A DNA stretch of 64,000 nucleotides, taken from NCBI GenBank assembly GCA_964016885.1, contig OZ024742.1:271684001-271748000 (forward strand), written 5' to 3'. Of the stretch, positions 50,515-64,000 are shown piece after piece. Within the stretch, counting starts at the first letter, position 1, and every line of letters begins with the position of its first letter. Both the position numbers and the translations under genes were made by a program. Origin of the DNA: Eledone cirrhosa. Its lineage: Eukaryota. The notes under the pieces were generated by a model. The model was given only the letters and a program-made list of their open reading frames with translations. It ran no database searches and was not told the DNA's origin.

Positions 50515-53500
50515 ACAATATATACCAGATTTATAAATAAACATTGACGTACCCTTTCAAAATGCGACGGTTACTTTTGGAAGTTGGTTTAAAGAAATTA
50601 AATATAACTATAATAATAAGTTTATTCAGTTGGATATTGCTAACTACTACTCATCTATCACTCCTAATCTAATGAATAAGGCACTAACTTACGCATTTAA
50701 ACATACATACCTAACTAGTAATGAAATACACATTATATTATCGGCACGGAAAACATTAATAGAATTTAATAACCAACTCTGGACTAGGGCAGTTAGAAAT
50801 AATAATTTCGGCAAAACTATGGGATCGTCAGACTCAGCTCAGGTAACGGACCTCGTGGGCCTATTTATAATTAATTCTCTACATAGAAAAATACCAGGTG
50901 TAAGCCGAGGCTTATCTCGTGACGACATGCTTTTACTTATAGAAAATAATAGCTGTGAACTAAATAGAAAAAGAAAACAAATTATACAATTTTTTAATGA
51001 CCTCAATCTTGAAGTAGAAATAGAGAATAACCATAAAATAGTCAATTTTCTAGATGTAACACTAAATCTCAACACATGTCTTCATTATCCATTTAACAAA
51101 CTAAATGAGAACTTAAACTATGTCAATTTTAACTCTAATCACCCCAGATCCGTTAAAAATACTATAGTGAACTCTGTTCAAGAACGAATTTCAAGAATTT
51201 CATCTAATAAGAATATATTTGATGAAAAAGCGCATTATTACAACGAAGCGTTAGGTAGAGCTGGGTATAGAAATAAAATTAAATACATCGATAATAATAA
51301 TAATAAACAAACTAACCAAAATAATAACAACTTTAATTATGGTAACAATTTTAACAACTATAATAGAAAACATTACAATAATTCCGAAAGCCGAAAAAGA
51401 AATAGAACTAGGAATATATTATGGTTCGCTCCTCCTTTCTCACTAAATATTAAAACCCCTATTGCTAAACTATTCTTTAAAGCTCTTGACAAACGCTTCG
51501 CTAGAACACATAGATATTACTCAATTTTTAATAGACATTCTATAAAATTAACTTACTCTTCCACCAAAAATTTAGCGCAAAATATTAATAGAATTAATAA
51601 TAGAAATTTAAAACCTAACCAAAATACCAATAATAACCCAAGCAAATTCAATCGAATAATTGTAACTGTAGAAATAAATCCAACTGTCCGTTAAATAACA
51701 ACTGCTTAGCTAAACATGTAGTTCATAATTGTAATGTTAAAACTAATTTAAATTCATTTAATTATGTCGATTCTACCTCTACAGAATTTAAATCCCGCTT
51801 CCTAATCATAAAAATTCTTTTACAGATCCAAACCAAAAATCTTCAACTTCGCTATCTAGCCTATTATGGGACCTAAAACGAGATAATGTTGAATATTCGC
51901 TTATTTGGAATATTATTTCAAAAGCTACTCCTTTTAATTCCTCTTCAGAAAATTGTGATCTTTGTATAGAGAAAATATTCTTTATATTAAAGACCAAGAT
52001 TTCCCTTAATTTAAGGAATAATTTATTCAGTTGCTGCAGACAGAGATTGAACTCAACGTTTAAATATAAACATAAATTTAAAATGTAGTATAATTAAGTA
52101 TAATTAAGTATAATTAAGTAATTTGGTTAATATATGAAACCTGTCGATAAATCATTAGATTCCTTCACCTTTTTCATTTTCTTTGGTTAAATACTCAAAT
52201 ATATATTTTCTTCCTAAATATAAATATAAATATAATAAACTACTCTATATCTTAAATCAAATATACGTAAGATAAATTGTTATACTAAATATATTAAACA
52301 TATTATTTTAGCTTAAAATATTGTATAATATTTAAAAATATTTTAATATTTTGATATCTGTAGAATCCTTGTTTTTTAAGTTATATTGATATAATATTTT
52401 ATTTATTTTTTATTAGGTTTGTTTTTATTCTGATAGCTTCTCATAATTTTCAAAAGATTATCCTTTCAATATCTTGATTAAAATATACGTAAGATAAATT
52501 TCTATACTAAATCCATTAAACATATTATTTTAACTTAAGATATTCTATAATATTTTAAAATATTTTAATATTTTGATATTTGTAGAATCCGTTTGTCTTT
52601 TAAGTTATATTGATATAATTATATTTCCAAAATATAATCCTTTTGTATTTTATATACTCAATTGTACTATGTAATATATTGATGTATACTTTTTCTCTAT
52701 ACGATTATGTATCTATATATGTCTATTAACATACATATACATGTGTTATATGCTTTTTTATGATTATATGTCTGTCTGTATATATGCATGAGTGACGCGT
52801 GTCTACCAATTGGGTGAAGATTCACACACATATTTATATATGTATAGCTAGGAATTGTGTGTGTACATGTACATGCTTACCCATGCAGTTTTGATTGCAG
52901 ATATGCATAATTTTAACAGCCATAAATGCATGAATGTTAATCCTATATATTTATATATATATACTAAAAAAATGTTATTTAATAACACAAGGAATGTATA
53001 GCAGTAATAATAAAAAAAATCACTTATGCTTTGTATGTATATATTATATGCGGGAGTAGATATAATGTGTATTTTCTGAGTGTGTGTGTATATATATATT
53101 TATGTATCTTTGCCTATATGTACGTGCTATACGATAGGTAATTTCTCTAGCAATATATGTATTTTGTGATGTTTAAATTCCAATTTTTAATATATTGATC
53201 TCACTTTTTAAACTAAATATCTAATCATAATTAAACAGTGAGTAATTTCTCATATTATATACGTATATTCCATTCATGAATATTAATATTTCTAATTTTA
53301 TTTATTCATTTCATCTCAATTGTTAACTCAACTTAATATGACATGACTTAAGGTTTTCGTTCTCTCCCCCTCTCTCTATCTCTATATTTCTCTCTCTTGA
53401 GTTTTTTCTCTCTGTCTGGGGGTTTGATATCTTTCTGTTGTTTTCCTCTGTTTTCTTTTTTCTTTTTTCTTTCCATTTTTCTTTATTTATCTCTCCCTTT

Positions 53501-53659
53501 CTTTTCTCCACGTTTCTCTCTCTCTCTTCGTCTTTTTACTTATACTTAACACTTCGACCTACTAAAATAAACAAACCACTATCCTGATGTCTTCCAAAAG
53601 TAACGGTCGCATTTTGAAAGGGTACGTCAATGTTTATTTATAAAACTGGTATATATTGT

Positions 53660-53722
53660 ATTTTGTCTGATGAAGGCATACCCTCATTTAACTTGGTATC
53701 CTTGAAATATGTATAATGACAT
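53660..53722 (+). ncRNA. Type I hammerhead in the 3' pLTR
   Basis: ATTTTGT-CTGATGA-AGGCATACC-CTCATTTAACTT-GGTATCCTT-GAAA-TATGTA-TA-ATGACAT. Confidence 0.7.
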
Positions 53723-53762
53723 AAATATGGTTTCATGAATATAGTTTCCATTTGTTAATATC

Positions 53763-53831
<69 letters not shown>

Positions 53832-53905
53832 AAAATGGAACGGGAACAAAAGGGAGTGGCAGTACGAACAAAGGTTTATTAGTTTCACCCTCTTGAGAGG
53901 GGGGG

Positions 53906-53937
53906 GCGACGTTTCGGGCATAGGCCATTCTTCAGGC
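53906..53937 (-). ncRNA. Minimal hammerhead in a ~110-bp insert (53828-53940) between (TA)n tracts
   Basis: Minus: GC-CTGAAGA-ATGGC-CTAT-GCCC-GAAA-CG-TC-GC, the classic minimal PLE form with GAAACGTC. AATAAA downstream. Confidence 0.7.
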
Positions 53938-54095
53938 GATATATATATATATATATATATAAGCAAGAAAGTGTTGGTAATATCCAGTACTTCAGTCAGT
54001 ATGCGGAGAGGGAGCACTCAACGAAGATATAAGTTCCGGAGTTATAATAGTGACGAAACATAATTCAATTGCATGAACTCATAATCCTTTATTTA

Positions 54096-54149
54096 CTGCT
54101 ATATATATTTCGATGTTAGCCATTGAATGGCCATGACCTCATCAGGCAG
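54096..54149 (-). ncRNA. Type I hammerhead (left arm)
   Basis: Minus: CTGC-CTGATGA-GGTCA-TGGCCAT-TCA-ATGGCTA-ACATC-GAAA-TATATA-TA-GCAG. Confidence 0.75.
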
Positions 54150-54289
54150 CTAGTCAGTTCTTAGATATGCCAGTTCTGTGTCTATTCCTGCTGACAACAT
54201 TAAATTATTCCTAACAAGTTCATATGTCCCAAGGTTCTGATACCATCAACACCAATATCACAGAGCTGACATATCTAGCAGCTGATTAA

Positions 54290-54343
54290 CTGCCTGATGA
54301 AGTCATAGCCATTCAATGGCTATCATCGAAATATATATAGCAG
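54290..54343 (+). ncRNA. Type I hammerhead (right arm)
   Basis: CTGC-CTGATGA-AGTCA-TAGCCAT-TCA-ATGGCTA-TCATC-GAAA-TATATA-TA-GCAG, followed by AATAAA. Confidence 0.75.
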
Positions 54344-54396
54344 TGAATAAAGGATCATGAGTTCATGTAATTGACTTATGTGCCGTCACTATATAG

Positions 54397-54435
<39 letters not shown>

Positions 54436-54484
54436 TATATTTATATATATATATATATATATATGCAAAAATATCTATACACAA

Positions 54485-54706
<222 letters not shown>

Positions 54707-54831
54707 TATAGATATTTTTGCATACAAAATAACAAACGTATTTATTTCATGGGGCTCGATAAGGATAAATATATATCAAATATATAAAAACCCTAGAGCA
54801 AATCCCGAGCAACGCCGGGCCATTCTGCTGG

Positions 54832-55153
54832 TATATTACTAAAACAGAGAATATCTATTTGTCTGTATGTCTGTTCAATCACTAAAACTCGAGAACCCAA
54901 TCGAGTTTTTTAAAACTTAACACATGTAGTACTTATGGTCCCGTGCGTCTTTTGAGCGAAAAGAAATTTCAAATGTTCAATTCCCTAGGCACTGCATTAG
55001 GCAATTTAGCGATACCTCTCTACAATACAATTCTTAGTCTTTATTTTTAGATAGATACATATATATAACGTCGTGCCGTTATAATATATGTCTCTGCCTT
55101 TATAATATCTGATGTATGCCTGCTGTCTGCATTACGTCATTATGACGCGATCA

Positions 55154-55184
<31 letters not shown>

Positions 55185-55635
55185 GTGTGTGTATATATAT
55201 ATATATATATATTGTTATGACAAGGAACGTGTTCACGAACCAAAGTATCGGCTTCCTGTTTTCCTTCGGTTGCAACGTTTTTCGAAATATTTACATTTGC
55301 GTTCACAGATTGATTTTTTTAGATTCAGAAGATCCCGTTAAGGGTGAAAGCAGCGATTCTTTGCTTAAACTTTAATATGTTATTTTAATGTAGATATTCG
55401 TGTACATATATTTTTGCATACACAAAAAACAAAATATAAACAAACAAGGCCGGTGATTATAAAATCACATGCATCACTGACGGATGTTTTTGCATACACA
55501 AAAACAAAATATAAACAAACAAGGCCAACGATTACATCAGTTAATCTTAGTGTACTTCATACTGCTTTGAGGTAGAAGATCCCGTTAAGGGTGAAAGCAG
55601 CGATTCTTTGCTTAAACTTTAATCTGTTATTTTAA
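54832..55635 (+). mobile_element. Non-autonomous Helitron (copy 2), tandem to copy 1
   Basis: Begins immediately after CTGG with TATATTACTAAAACAGAGAAT. Internal duplication at 55325-55385 and 55575-55635. A related fragment lies at 59600-59750. Confidence 0.75.
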
Positions 55636-55649
55636 TATATATATATGTA

Positions 55650-55995
55650 AGCGTGTATGCATGTATGTATACGTACATACATATATGTATACAGACGTAC
55701 AGTAGTATGTATATATATACATATATGCACACATATACATGGCACGTATCGGTTTACCGAACATTTATTATAATGCTCGGCTTGTTTGTTTGTAAACAAA
55801 CAAACAGCCCGAATTACGCCGTACATTGTTTAGGCAACCACGTCACCCTTTTGTTCAACACTGACACAGGAACGATGTACTAATTTCAAGCTTATTAGCT
55901 ATCGTCAGCATCATATACCTTCCTGCCAGATGGTTGAACGTCTGAAAGTATATTCATTCCTTATGCATATTAACGGCTGAGCAGCCTAATTTGTA
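55650..55995 (-). mobile_element. Second copy of the retrozyme-like element
   Basis: Collinear with 16625-16978. Confidence 0.8.
55872..55914 (-). ncRNA. Minimal type I hammerhead
   Basis: Minus: ATGATG-CTGACGA-T-AGCT-AATA-AGCT-T-GAAA-TTAG-TA-CATCGT. Confidence 0.75.
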
Positions 55996-55999
55996 TAAA

Positions 56000-58616
56000 G
56001 AAGATGACTGTCTTCTTCTTTCCACTAACCATAGCCTATCAGAAATTGAAAAAAATAAAAAAACTTTTTAGAACTTTCCTCAAAGACTATTATAGTCTGA
56101 CCATTACATTTGAAAATACCAGTAAAATAGTTAATTTCCTTGATATAACTTTAAACTTATCTACGGGTATCTACCAACCTTACCATAAACCTAACCAAAA
56201 CTTACATTACATACACTCACAATCCAATCACCCTAGATCTATCCTTAAAAACCTAGCATATAATATCTCACTCAGAATTTCTAACCTTTCATCTAACCGG
56301 GATGTATTTGATAAAAATGCGACCTTTTATAACGAAGATTTAGCTAGAAGCGGCCACAAAAACGAATTAGTCTATATACATTGTACCAATAATACTACAA
56401 ACATACAACCCGATATTACCAACAAACACCAACTGAAAAATACACACCTAAATGCCACTCACACTATACCCCAAAATACCAACTTAAAATTTAATTTCTC
56501 TACCTCTTCTCACATACAATTAAATAACTTTCAAAAAACCATTCATCCTAATACGCCAATATATGTTAATAACATTACTAACAAAATTCCTAATAATCAG
56601 ACTAAAACACCTAAATCAGTGAATCTAACTAAACATATGTATAATAAATTCACTAATACTAACTCTCTTAGTAAACATCAAGATACATCGTATAAAAATA
56701 AAAAGAAAACAGCATCGTAACCGTAATAGACGAGTTACTTGGTGTAATGCTCCATTTAATCTACAAATTAAAGATAATATCCCTAAAATTTTGTTTACTA
56801 TCCTAGAGAAAATCTTCCCGCCAAACCATAAATACCATCAAATTTTAAATAGATCAACGGTCAAATTTTGCTACTCCACTACCAAAAGTATACAACAACA
56901 TATAAGTGTCTACAATGCATGAATATGTAAAAGAACGATGAATATACCACCAACACATCAAACTAACCATGATACTAAAATAAACCGCAGCAAACCACCA
57001 TCTCCTTCACATACAACAAGTCGAGTAAATTCCACACCTAATTTGACTAACTCCCCTGATATAATATTCACGAATGGTTGTAACTGTAGAAACAAAGCAA
57101 ATTGCTCATTAAAAGGAAATTGCCTTATTAATAACATAGTATATAAATGTAAAATTAGCACTAGAGGACTCAACTTATTCATATATAGGAGCTATTTCTT
57201 ACCAATTTAAAGTAAGATTTAATACCCACAAACACAGTTTTAAACATGCCGCATTAGCTAATACAACAGCCTTGGCTGAAATAATTAATAATTATAGAAA
57301 AAAGAATATCGACTATAACCTGACCAGGAGTGTGCTCAAAAGGGCCACTCCTTATCAAAATAACAGATATCAGTGTAGATTATGTGCTCAGGAACCTTTT
57401 GAAATAATGAAATCTAAGGATATCCTATTAAATAAGCGACAAGAATTAATTATATCGTGCAATCATAGAATTAGAAGAACTTTAAAATATTATAAACCTA
57501 ATTAATATACACCTTACACTTATATTTTACAAATTATTATAATAGGTTTTTTAATTTAGTTAACCTATAATTAGTATTTTACTACTGAGAACTTCATAAT
57601 GTTATGTCCCTTTTACAGCTATCTTTTACTAAAATTAATACCTATAAGAATACATATAAACTATTTTAATTACCTGTTATGAATCTAAATTCCTTGTAGT
57701 CTATATAAGTTTGTTATTTCTCACTTATACCCCAAAAATTGTTTTCCTTTGTTTTTAACAACATTCTTTAATAACATCTAACTCTTATTCATCACATCTG
57801 TATGAATTAATATAAATATATCCCTATAAGTATACCTATCAATTAAATTAATTTAATTCATTTTTATAGATCTAAATTCCTTATGTTTTAAATAAGATTG
57901 GTATTTCTCACTAACACATTTATCCTAAAATTTAATTCTCCTTCGATTTTAACATTAGCATTATTCTTTAATAACATCAAATTGTCGTGTACCTTTCATC
58001 TGCTTGACCTCTTTTCATCCCCAAAGTAATCTTTTCATTCAAAGTATTCTTTCCATTCAAAACTGAAGTCTGCATTCCTTTACCCTTAAATTAAATTTCT
58101 ACTACTACTATTCTATCAGCTTGACCACTTACTACTTTTCTATTGGTCAATTCAAAACCTGTTCCCAAACAGACCTATTATATTAAATCTTTCTTGATTT
58201 TTTCAATAAACAAATATCATTATTTTTTGAATTGGCAGTATCGGTAGAGGGTCGGACGCCATGCTTTGACGCATAGAGTTACGGCCATTCCCATTCTGAG
58301 TTCAAATCCAGCCTAGGTTAACTTTGCCTTTCATCCTTACGGGGTCGATAAAATAAAGTACCAGTAATACACTGGGCAATTGCTGGCCTTGTGCCAAAAG
58401 TAGAAACAATTATTTCTTAAGACAGCGTATATATGTGTAGGTATGTATATTCTCTCTGATAGTTTGTAAATTGTTTACATAGATCTATATGATATACATA
58501 CCAACAGAAATATATATATCCTAGAAACAATCGTAAAATGATGAATTGTTTAATATAAGGAACTGTTTCTTTGTTTTTATTCATTGTTTTTATTAATTTA
58601 TATATATATATATATA

Positions 58617-58708
<92 letters not shown>

Positions 58709-58916
58709 TTATTTTATCATGAGTTAAGGCTCTATTGATTTTTCCCTGGATTTCACTAAATTCTGAGGATGAATTGATATCCTGATTCTCTTTGAGATGA
58801 GTTTGAATTATTTTTCCCACATCTTACGTTAACTATTTTTCCCATTTTAACGCTATAGTCACTTATATATTATGGAGTGCTGTTGGCTTTTCGCTGCAGT
58901 GTTTTCTATACCTTTC

Positions 58917-58920
<4 letters not shown>
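56000..58920 (+). mobile_element. Penelope-like element, 5'-truncated (RT C-terminus, N/T-rich linker, GIY-YIG, tail)
   Basis: IVNFLDITLNL..YHKPN..YIHSQSNHP..RISNLSS; WCNAPFN; GCNCRNKANCSLKGNCLINNIVYKC..IYIGA; CRLCAQE..LLNKRQELIISCNHR. Confidence 0.9.
58228..58412 (+). mobile_element. tRNA-derived SINE nested in the Penelope tail
   Basis: Full family match. Absent at the equivalent position (~35757) of the inverted copy. Confidence 0.9.
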
Positions 58921-58973
<53 letters not shown>

Positions 58974-58998
58974 TGTAATAAACAATATAAGATATTTA

Positions 58999-59058
58999 TT
59001 TCATTTACCAGTGGTTTCTTGTAAGCAAATAAATCTGCTTTCAGTCGTCAGAATGAAA
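58999..59058 (-). ncRNA. Type I hammerhead in a ~115-bp insert between (TA)n tracts
   Basis: Minus: TTTCATT-CTGACGA-CTGAAAGCAG-ATTTAT-TTGCTTACAA-GAAA-CCACTGG-TA-AATGAAA, with a 7-bp perfect stem I. Followed on the plus strand by a perfect 19-bp fold-back (59041-59083). Confidence 0.8.
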
Positions 59059-59079
59059 AAGTTGTTTTCATTCTGACGA

Positions 59080-59180
<101 letters not shown>

Positions 59181-59834
59181 GTATGTATATATGTGTCTGT
59201 GTACGTGTGTGCTTATATGTATGTATTTCCATTTACATACTCTTATATAATTATATATATTTTTGGACTGAAATGTGTTTATGTACGGGTTGCGCGTGTG
59301 TGCGTGCGTGTGTTCGTATTTAAACCTTATTATTTTGTCTGTTACTTCTTCGACTGTTGCTTCTTCTGGTCAGTTGCATACATATATTAAGTCAATAACC
59401 CGAAATGCGCTTATGTTTGTATTTATGTATACTCACGCATTTATATATGTGTATGTATGTTTGTATGTCTATGTATATCGGTTTCCTAAATAGAATATTA
59501 GTCTACGACTCCATTTATACCATGGACGCGGTTCTGTACTTGCGTGTAATTGTTCTCGCCGCTCCAAATAACCACGTATCTTCTTCAGTTTTTTCTATTC
59601 ATTGCCAGGGAAGTCTTCACGAACGAAACTATCGTCTTCCTGTATTGCATCGGTTGCAACGTTTTTCGAAATATTTACTCCTGCGTTCACAGATTGATAC
59701 ATATATGTGTTTGTGCATCGATCAATAAAAACCGAAGCCAGGTGTAGTTAGATAATTACGATATATATAAATATATATAATTCTAAATTGCATAAGATTA
59801 ATGATTAGTATTATTCATTTTTTTTTTATATATA

Positions 59835-59875
59835 GACGGACTGTTTCAATGCGACTAGAGCACCTCTTCAATTGT
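59835..59875 (-). ncRNA. Decayed hammerhead motif
   Basis: Minus: TTGAAGA-GGTGC-TCTAGTC-GCATT-GAAA-CAGTC. Stem I is not evident. Confidence 0.35.
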
Positions 59876-60487
59876 GGACAGAAAAACAGATATCATCAGT
59901 AAAATTACTCCATTATAGGTGTTTGACTCAAAACCATATCTCTTCAGGAAATATGATATCAAATACCAATATATTGATTCATATCATTAAACAAATTATC
60001 AAGCATAATACAGGATTCAAAAGGTTCTATGTAATTTGAGTCCTGGTAATTTCACTCCCGGGATATTCACTCCGATAGTGTGAACCCTGATAATTTGACT
60101 GCCAGTCACTTTCACTGCCGGTAATTTCACTTCCGATATCAGAAAAAAATAAAACTTTGAAATTTATCATTATCATTATTATAGTTGCATCAGAATAAAC
60201 ACATGGAAATTAGGTTGAAACAAATAGCATTTTTCTTTTAACTATGTTACTGGCTAACGGTTTATCATTTACTATCCATCTGTTGACCGTAAAAACAGGT
60301 AATGATATTTCCTTTTCGAAAATTGTAACTGGCACCTCGGAGTATATAACCTTACACTTACACAGTGGGAGTCTCTTGACAAGGTGATTACAGGTTGGGG
60401 TTTCTTTAACTGCACATTGGCTGCACACCAGTCGGCGAAACCTCGCAGACGGTACTACAAAGAAAGAATTAGGTCCCATTTGTTCTT

Positions 60488-60520
<33 letters not shown>

Positions 60521-60715
60521 ACAAACACACAAACACACACACACACACACATACACACATACACACAAACACACAAACACACACTCACACACACACACAC
60601 ACACACACACATACATAATATATATATATATACGTTATTCCGGGTTGAATTGTAGGTAACCACAGTAAGTAAGTTACTCAATACATAGCAGAGTATAAAA
60701 GTTTTAATATTGATG

Positions 60716-60766
60716 AGATTCTACAGGACTAGAACTGTTTCATTCTTTAGAAATCATCAGGAATCT
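60716..60766 (-). ncRNA. Type I hammerhead with all three stems
   Basis: Minus: AGATTC-CTGATGA-TTTC-TAAA-GAAT-GAAA-CAG-TTCTAGTC-CTG-TA-GAATCT. GUA cleavage triplet. Lies in an ORF-less tail at 60630-61200. Confidence 0.85.
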
Positions 60767-61559
60767 GGCTATCCAAAAATAAATGTGATAGTTATAGGTC
60801 TTTTCATGGGGTAGGCGAGGGTGGGGAGCGGGATGGGTAGAGGTCATTGGTTGATAGAAAAGGGAATTCATTAAAAGCTAATACTTTAAACCTATAATTT
60901 GTCTTTAGAGTTACAAAAACAGAAAGAAGTTCAAATTAGGGTGCCACTCCTTATTTTTAAGTTTCCCTTAAGCAAAAAATGCCTATATTTGAGGTGTCTA
61001 TGAGATCGTTGGGGGTCGGTCATGGTTGATAGATTTAAAGAAAAGGGAAATTCTTTAAAAGCTAATTCTTAAAAGTTCTACTTAGAGTGACAAAGGCCAA
61101 GAGAATTCTATAAAGCAGTTCAAAATATTGGGTGCCTATCATATCAGTATCATCAAGTTTCTCTTAAGCTATATTCCAGGTGTCAAGAGACACATTCACA
61201 AACACACACACTCGTTTTCGAGTACGGCCACTACTTTATATCCATGTAGGAGAACACCTACCTATGCGCTGAACGAGTGACTTTTTAGTCCAAGCAGCGG
61301 CTTGAAAACTCTGGTAGAAACACTACACTTGTGACAATTACTGACACATAATGCTGGGCCCATGGTACCATGTGACGACAAGTGCAGAGAGATCTCCAGA
61401 TATAAAGCAATGTCTGTGCCGTGAAGCTTTTATAGTGAGCAAAGGCACTGCACAAAGCCAGACCCACTCTCTTAACCATGATGATATATACCAAAAATAA
61501 GAACGAGTCAACATCATTGGATACTATCAGAGTTACAGGTGTTATATCAGAGTTTTCCT

Positions 61560-61760
61560 TCTCCTAGAATTCTGCCTTGACAAAGGCTAAGGAGTCATCT
61601 CTCCCGGTAATTTTGGATGGCCATTGACTCTTAAAAGCTCCTTTGCCCTTTGACAGGTTTTGTTTTTCGTCCTGCAGGATGTCCAAAGTCACCCTCCTCA
61701 CCAAGAAACCTTGATGGGGTTGCCAGTTTAGTCGCCAACGACTCGACCATGAGAGAGGTT
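61560..61760 (-). mobile_element. Probable RTE-type LINE 5'UTR fragment
   Basis: ACTAAACTGGCAACCCCATCAAGG...GGACGAAAAACAAAACCTGTCAAAGGGC...GAGTCAATGGCCATCC resembles RTE 5'UTR motifs (pattern recognition only). Confidence 0.4.
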
Positions 61761-61761
61761 G

Positions 61762-61783
61762 TATATATAAATACATATATATG

Positions 61784-61852
<69 letters not shown>

Positions 61853-61856
61853 GTAT

Positions 61857-61953
<97 letters not shown>

Positions 61954-61986
61954 CACACATACACATACACATATACATATATATAC

Positions 61987-62053
<67 letters not shown>

Positions 62054-62233
62054 TACACACATATATACATATATATATATACACATATATATATATGTAT
62101 ACACACACACACACACACGCATATATATATATATATATACACAACATATATATATATATACATACACACACAGACACGTACATATACACATAAATAAATA
62201 TATACGTATATATATACACAAAATCATATATAT

Positions 62234-62300
<67 letters not shown>
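61762..62300. repeat. Compound (TA)n/(CA)n microsatellite
   Basis: Direct read. Confidence 0.95.
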
Positions 62301-62762
<462 letters not shown>

Positions 62763-62785
62763 GTATAATAAACAATACAATATAA

Positions 62786-62861
62786 TTACCTCATTACCAG
62801 AGGTTTTCCGAATAAGACGAATACGAAAAAAACGTCCTCATTCGTTCGTCGGACAAGGCAA
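62786..62861 (-). ncRNA. Type I hammerhead with one core substitution (CCGACGA); same family as 58999-59058
   Basis: Minus: TTGCCTTGT-CCGACGA-A-CGAATGAGGACG...CGTCTTATTCG-GAAAA-CCTCTGG-TA-ATGAGGTAA. The flank TAATAAACAATA next to (TA)n is shared with 58977. Confidence 0.6.
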
Positions 62862-63585
62862 TATAAAATATAGTGAAATATTTGGAAAGTCTCCTCAAGA
62901 AATGCAAAAAAAAATACATATATAAATAAAAATAATACAAGAGATATATAAAATATATAAAAAAATATAAGGAAATATAGTTAGGTGTGTGTATATGTAT
63001 GTATATACACTCACAAATGTACATATGTATGTATGTACAAATGCGTGTGTATGGTGAAAATGTGTGCGTAAGTACATATATGAGGGCAAGTATATTTGTG
63101 TATATGTAACCACAAATACGGATATAATATGAGTTGAAAAAGAATATAATAATATAGTTGACACATATCCAGAAACAGGTATTAGATACACATACGAGTA
63201 TGAAAGCACACGTATAAACACACACACACGCCGGTCACTTATATGCGGAAGATAAAGAGGGAAGGGAGTGTAATAGTTAAAAGAAAGTGTCATTCTCGAT
63301 ATATGTATAAAAATAAAACAATATATGAGAAAGAAAAACATTTTTAAATGAAAGAGAAAGTAGTCAATTAACACTAGAGAAAAGAAAAGAAAAGAAAAGA
63401 AAAGAAAAGAAAAGATAACTAACATAGGTACACGCGTACATGCACATATATCTATAAAAAAATATTTATACACGCAAATACGTACAGACAAAAGCCCATG
63501 CATGCGTTACATACATACACAGGATGCACGTATATACATACATACATATCGCCCCATGTATATCTAATCACACGTACGTACGCGA

Positions 63586-63661
<76 letters not shown>

Positions 63662-64000
63662 GCACGTACGCGCACATACGGAGGCGTTCGTGTACATATA
63701 CAGAACGTATACACACATAAAGACGCTCAGACACATAGATACAGAGTATAAAGCAGCCTTATGAATAAATGGATACAAATATAAAATCGGCTGCGAAACA
63801 ACAGTAAATATCTGCAGTGGAAAACGCAAGTGACGTGTAATCAGGTAGTAAAGAAAATAGGGAAGTAAAATGTGGAATGTGAAGATATTAGGTAAGTGAA
63901 TCGAAAAAAAAAAAGGGGGGGGGGGGTTACTGGTGGATGTGAAGTAAAAATAAAATTAAAATTAAAAATAAGGTTAAAAATGAAAGTAAATAAGAAAGAG

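Larger units (their letters stand above)
50316..53765 (+). mobile_element. Penelope-like element, 5'-truncated, with an inverted pLTR at the 5' end
   Basis: ORF 50630-51694 (DIANYYSSI, MGSSDSAQVTDLVG, SRDD, VNFLDVTL, SNHP, WFAPPFS), then a frameshifted GIY-YIG (CNCR..CPL..NCL, CDLC) to ~52045. 50407-50583 is the reverse complement of 53591-53767. Confidence 0.93.
54049..54390. mobile_element. 342-bp fold-back element with ~130-bp arms, one hammerhead per arm
   Basis: 54049-54180 is the imperfect reverse complement of 54259-54390. Confidence 0.85.

Noticed and set aside
60040-60480. Mutator-like terminus (AATTTCACT repeats) and the 124-aa ORF 60210-60584
   Set aside because: No matching second terminus or transposase motif found; the ORF starts in (CA)n.

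Overview
AT-rich eukaryotic DNA, dense in (TA)n/(CA)n/(GA)n/(TAA)n microsatellites. The dominant tRNA-derived SINE resembles octopod SINEs I recognise, so the source is probably an octopus-like cephalopod (inference, not searched). No intact host gene is supportable. The window is a nested set of decayed transposons: a near full-length RTE/BovB-like LINE with three C-terminal C2H2 fingers (8.6-12.7 kb), an R4/Dong-like LINE (17.2-20.1 kb), a full-length Tx1/L1-like LINE (26.6-32.2 kb) plus fragments, a 5'-inverted RTE-X-like LINE, two hAT-Charlie remnants, a Gypsy remnant, a full-length RepHel Helitron in a tandem Helitron cluster (42.9-55.6 kb), at least seven Penelope-like (RT + GIY-YIG) remnants and about nine SINEs. 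The most notable hidden signal is non-coding. I read more than 15 intact, variant or partial type I hammerhead ribozyme motifs of several unrelated families, mostly in small ORF-less, often fold-back elements sitting in (TA)n tracts. They include a family with a ~60-nt stem II carrying a conserved GATC-x-TGCCTCGAGCTG-x-TC motif, U3-A8 core variants and a ~460-nt terminally redundant retrozyme-like unit. All pairings, translations and coordinates were read by eye, and element boundaries are approximate. Most ORFs in the supplied track are microsatellite or antisense artefacts.
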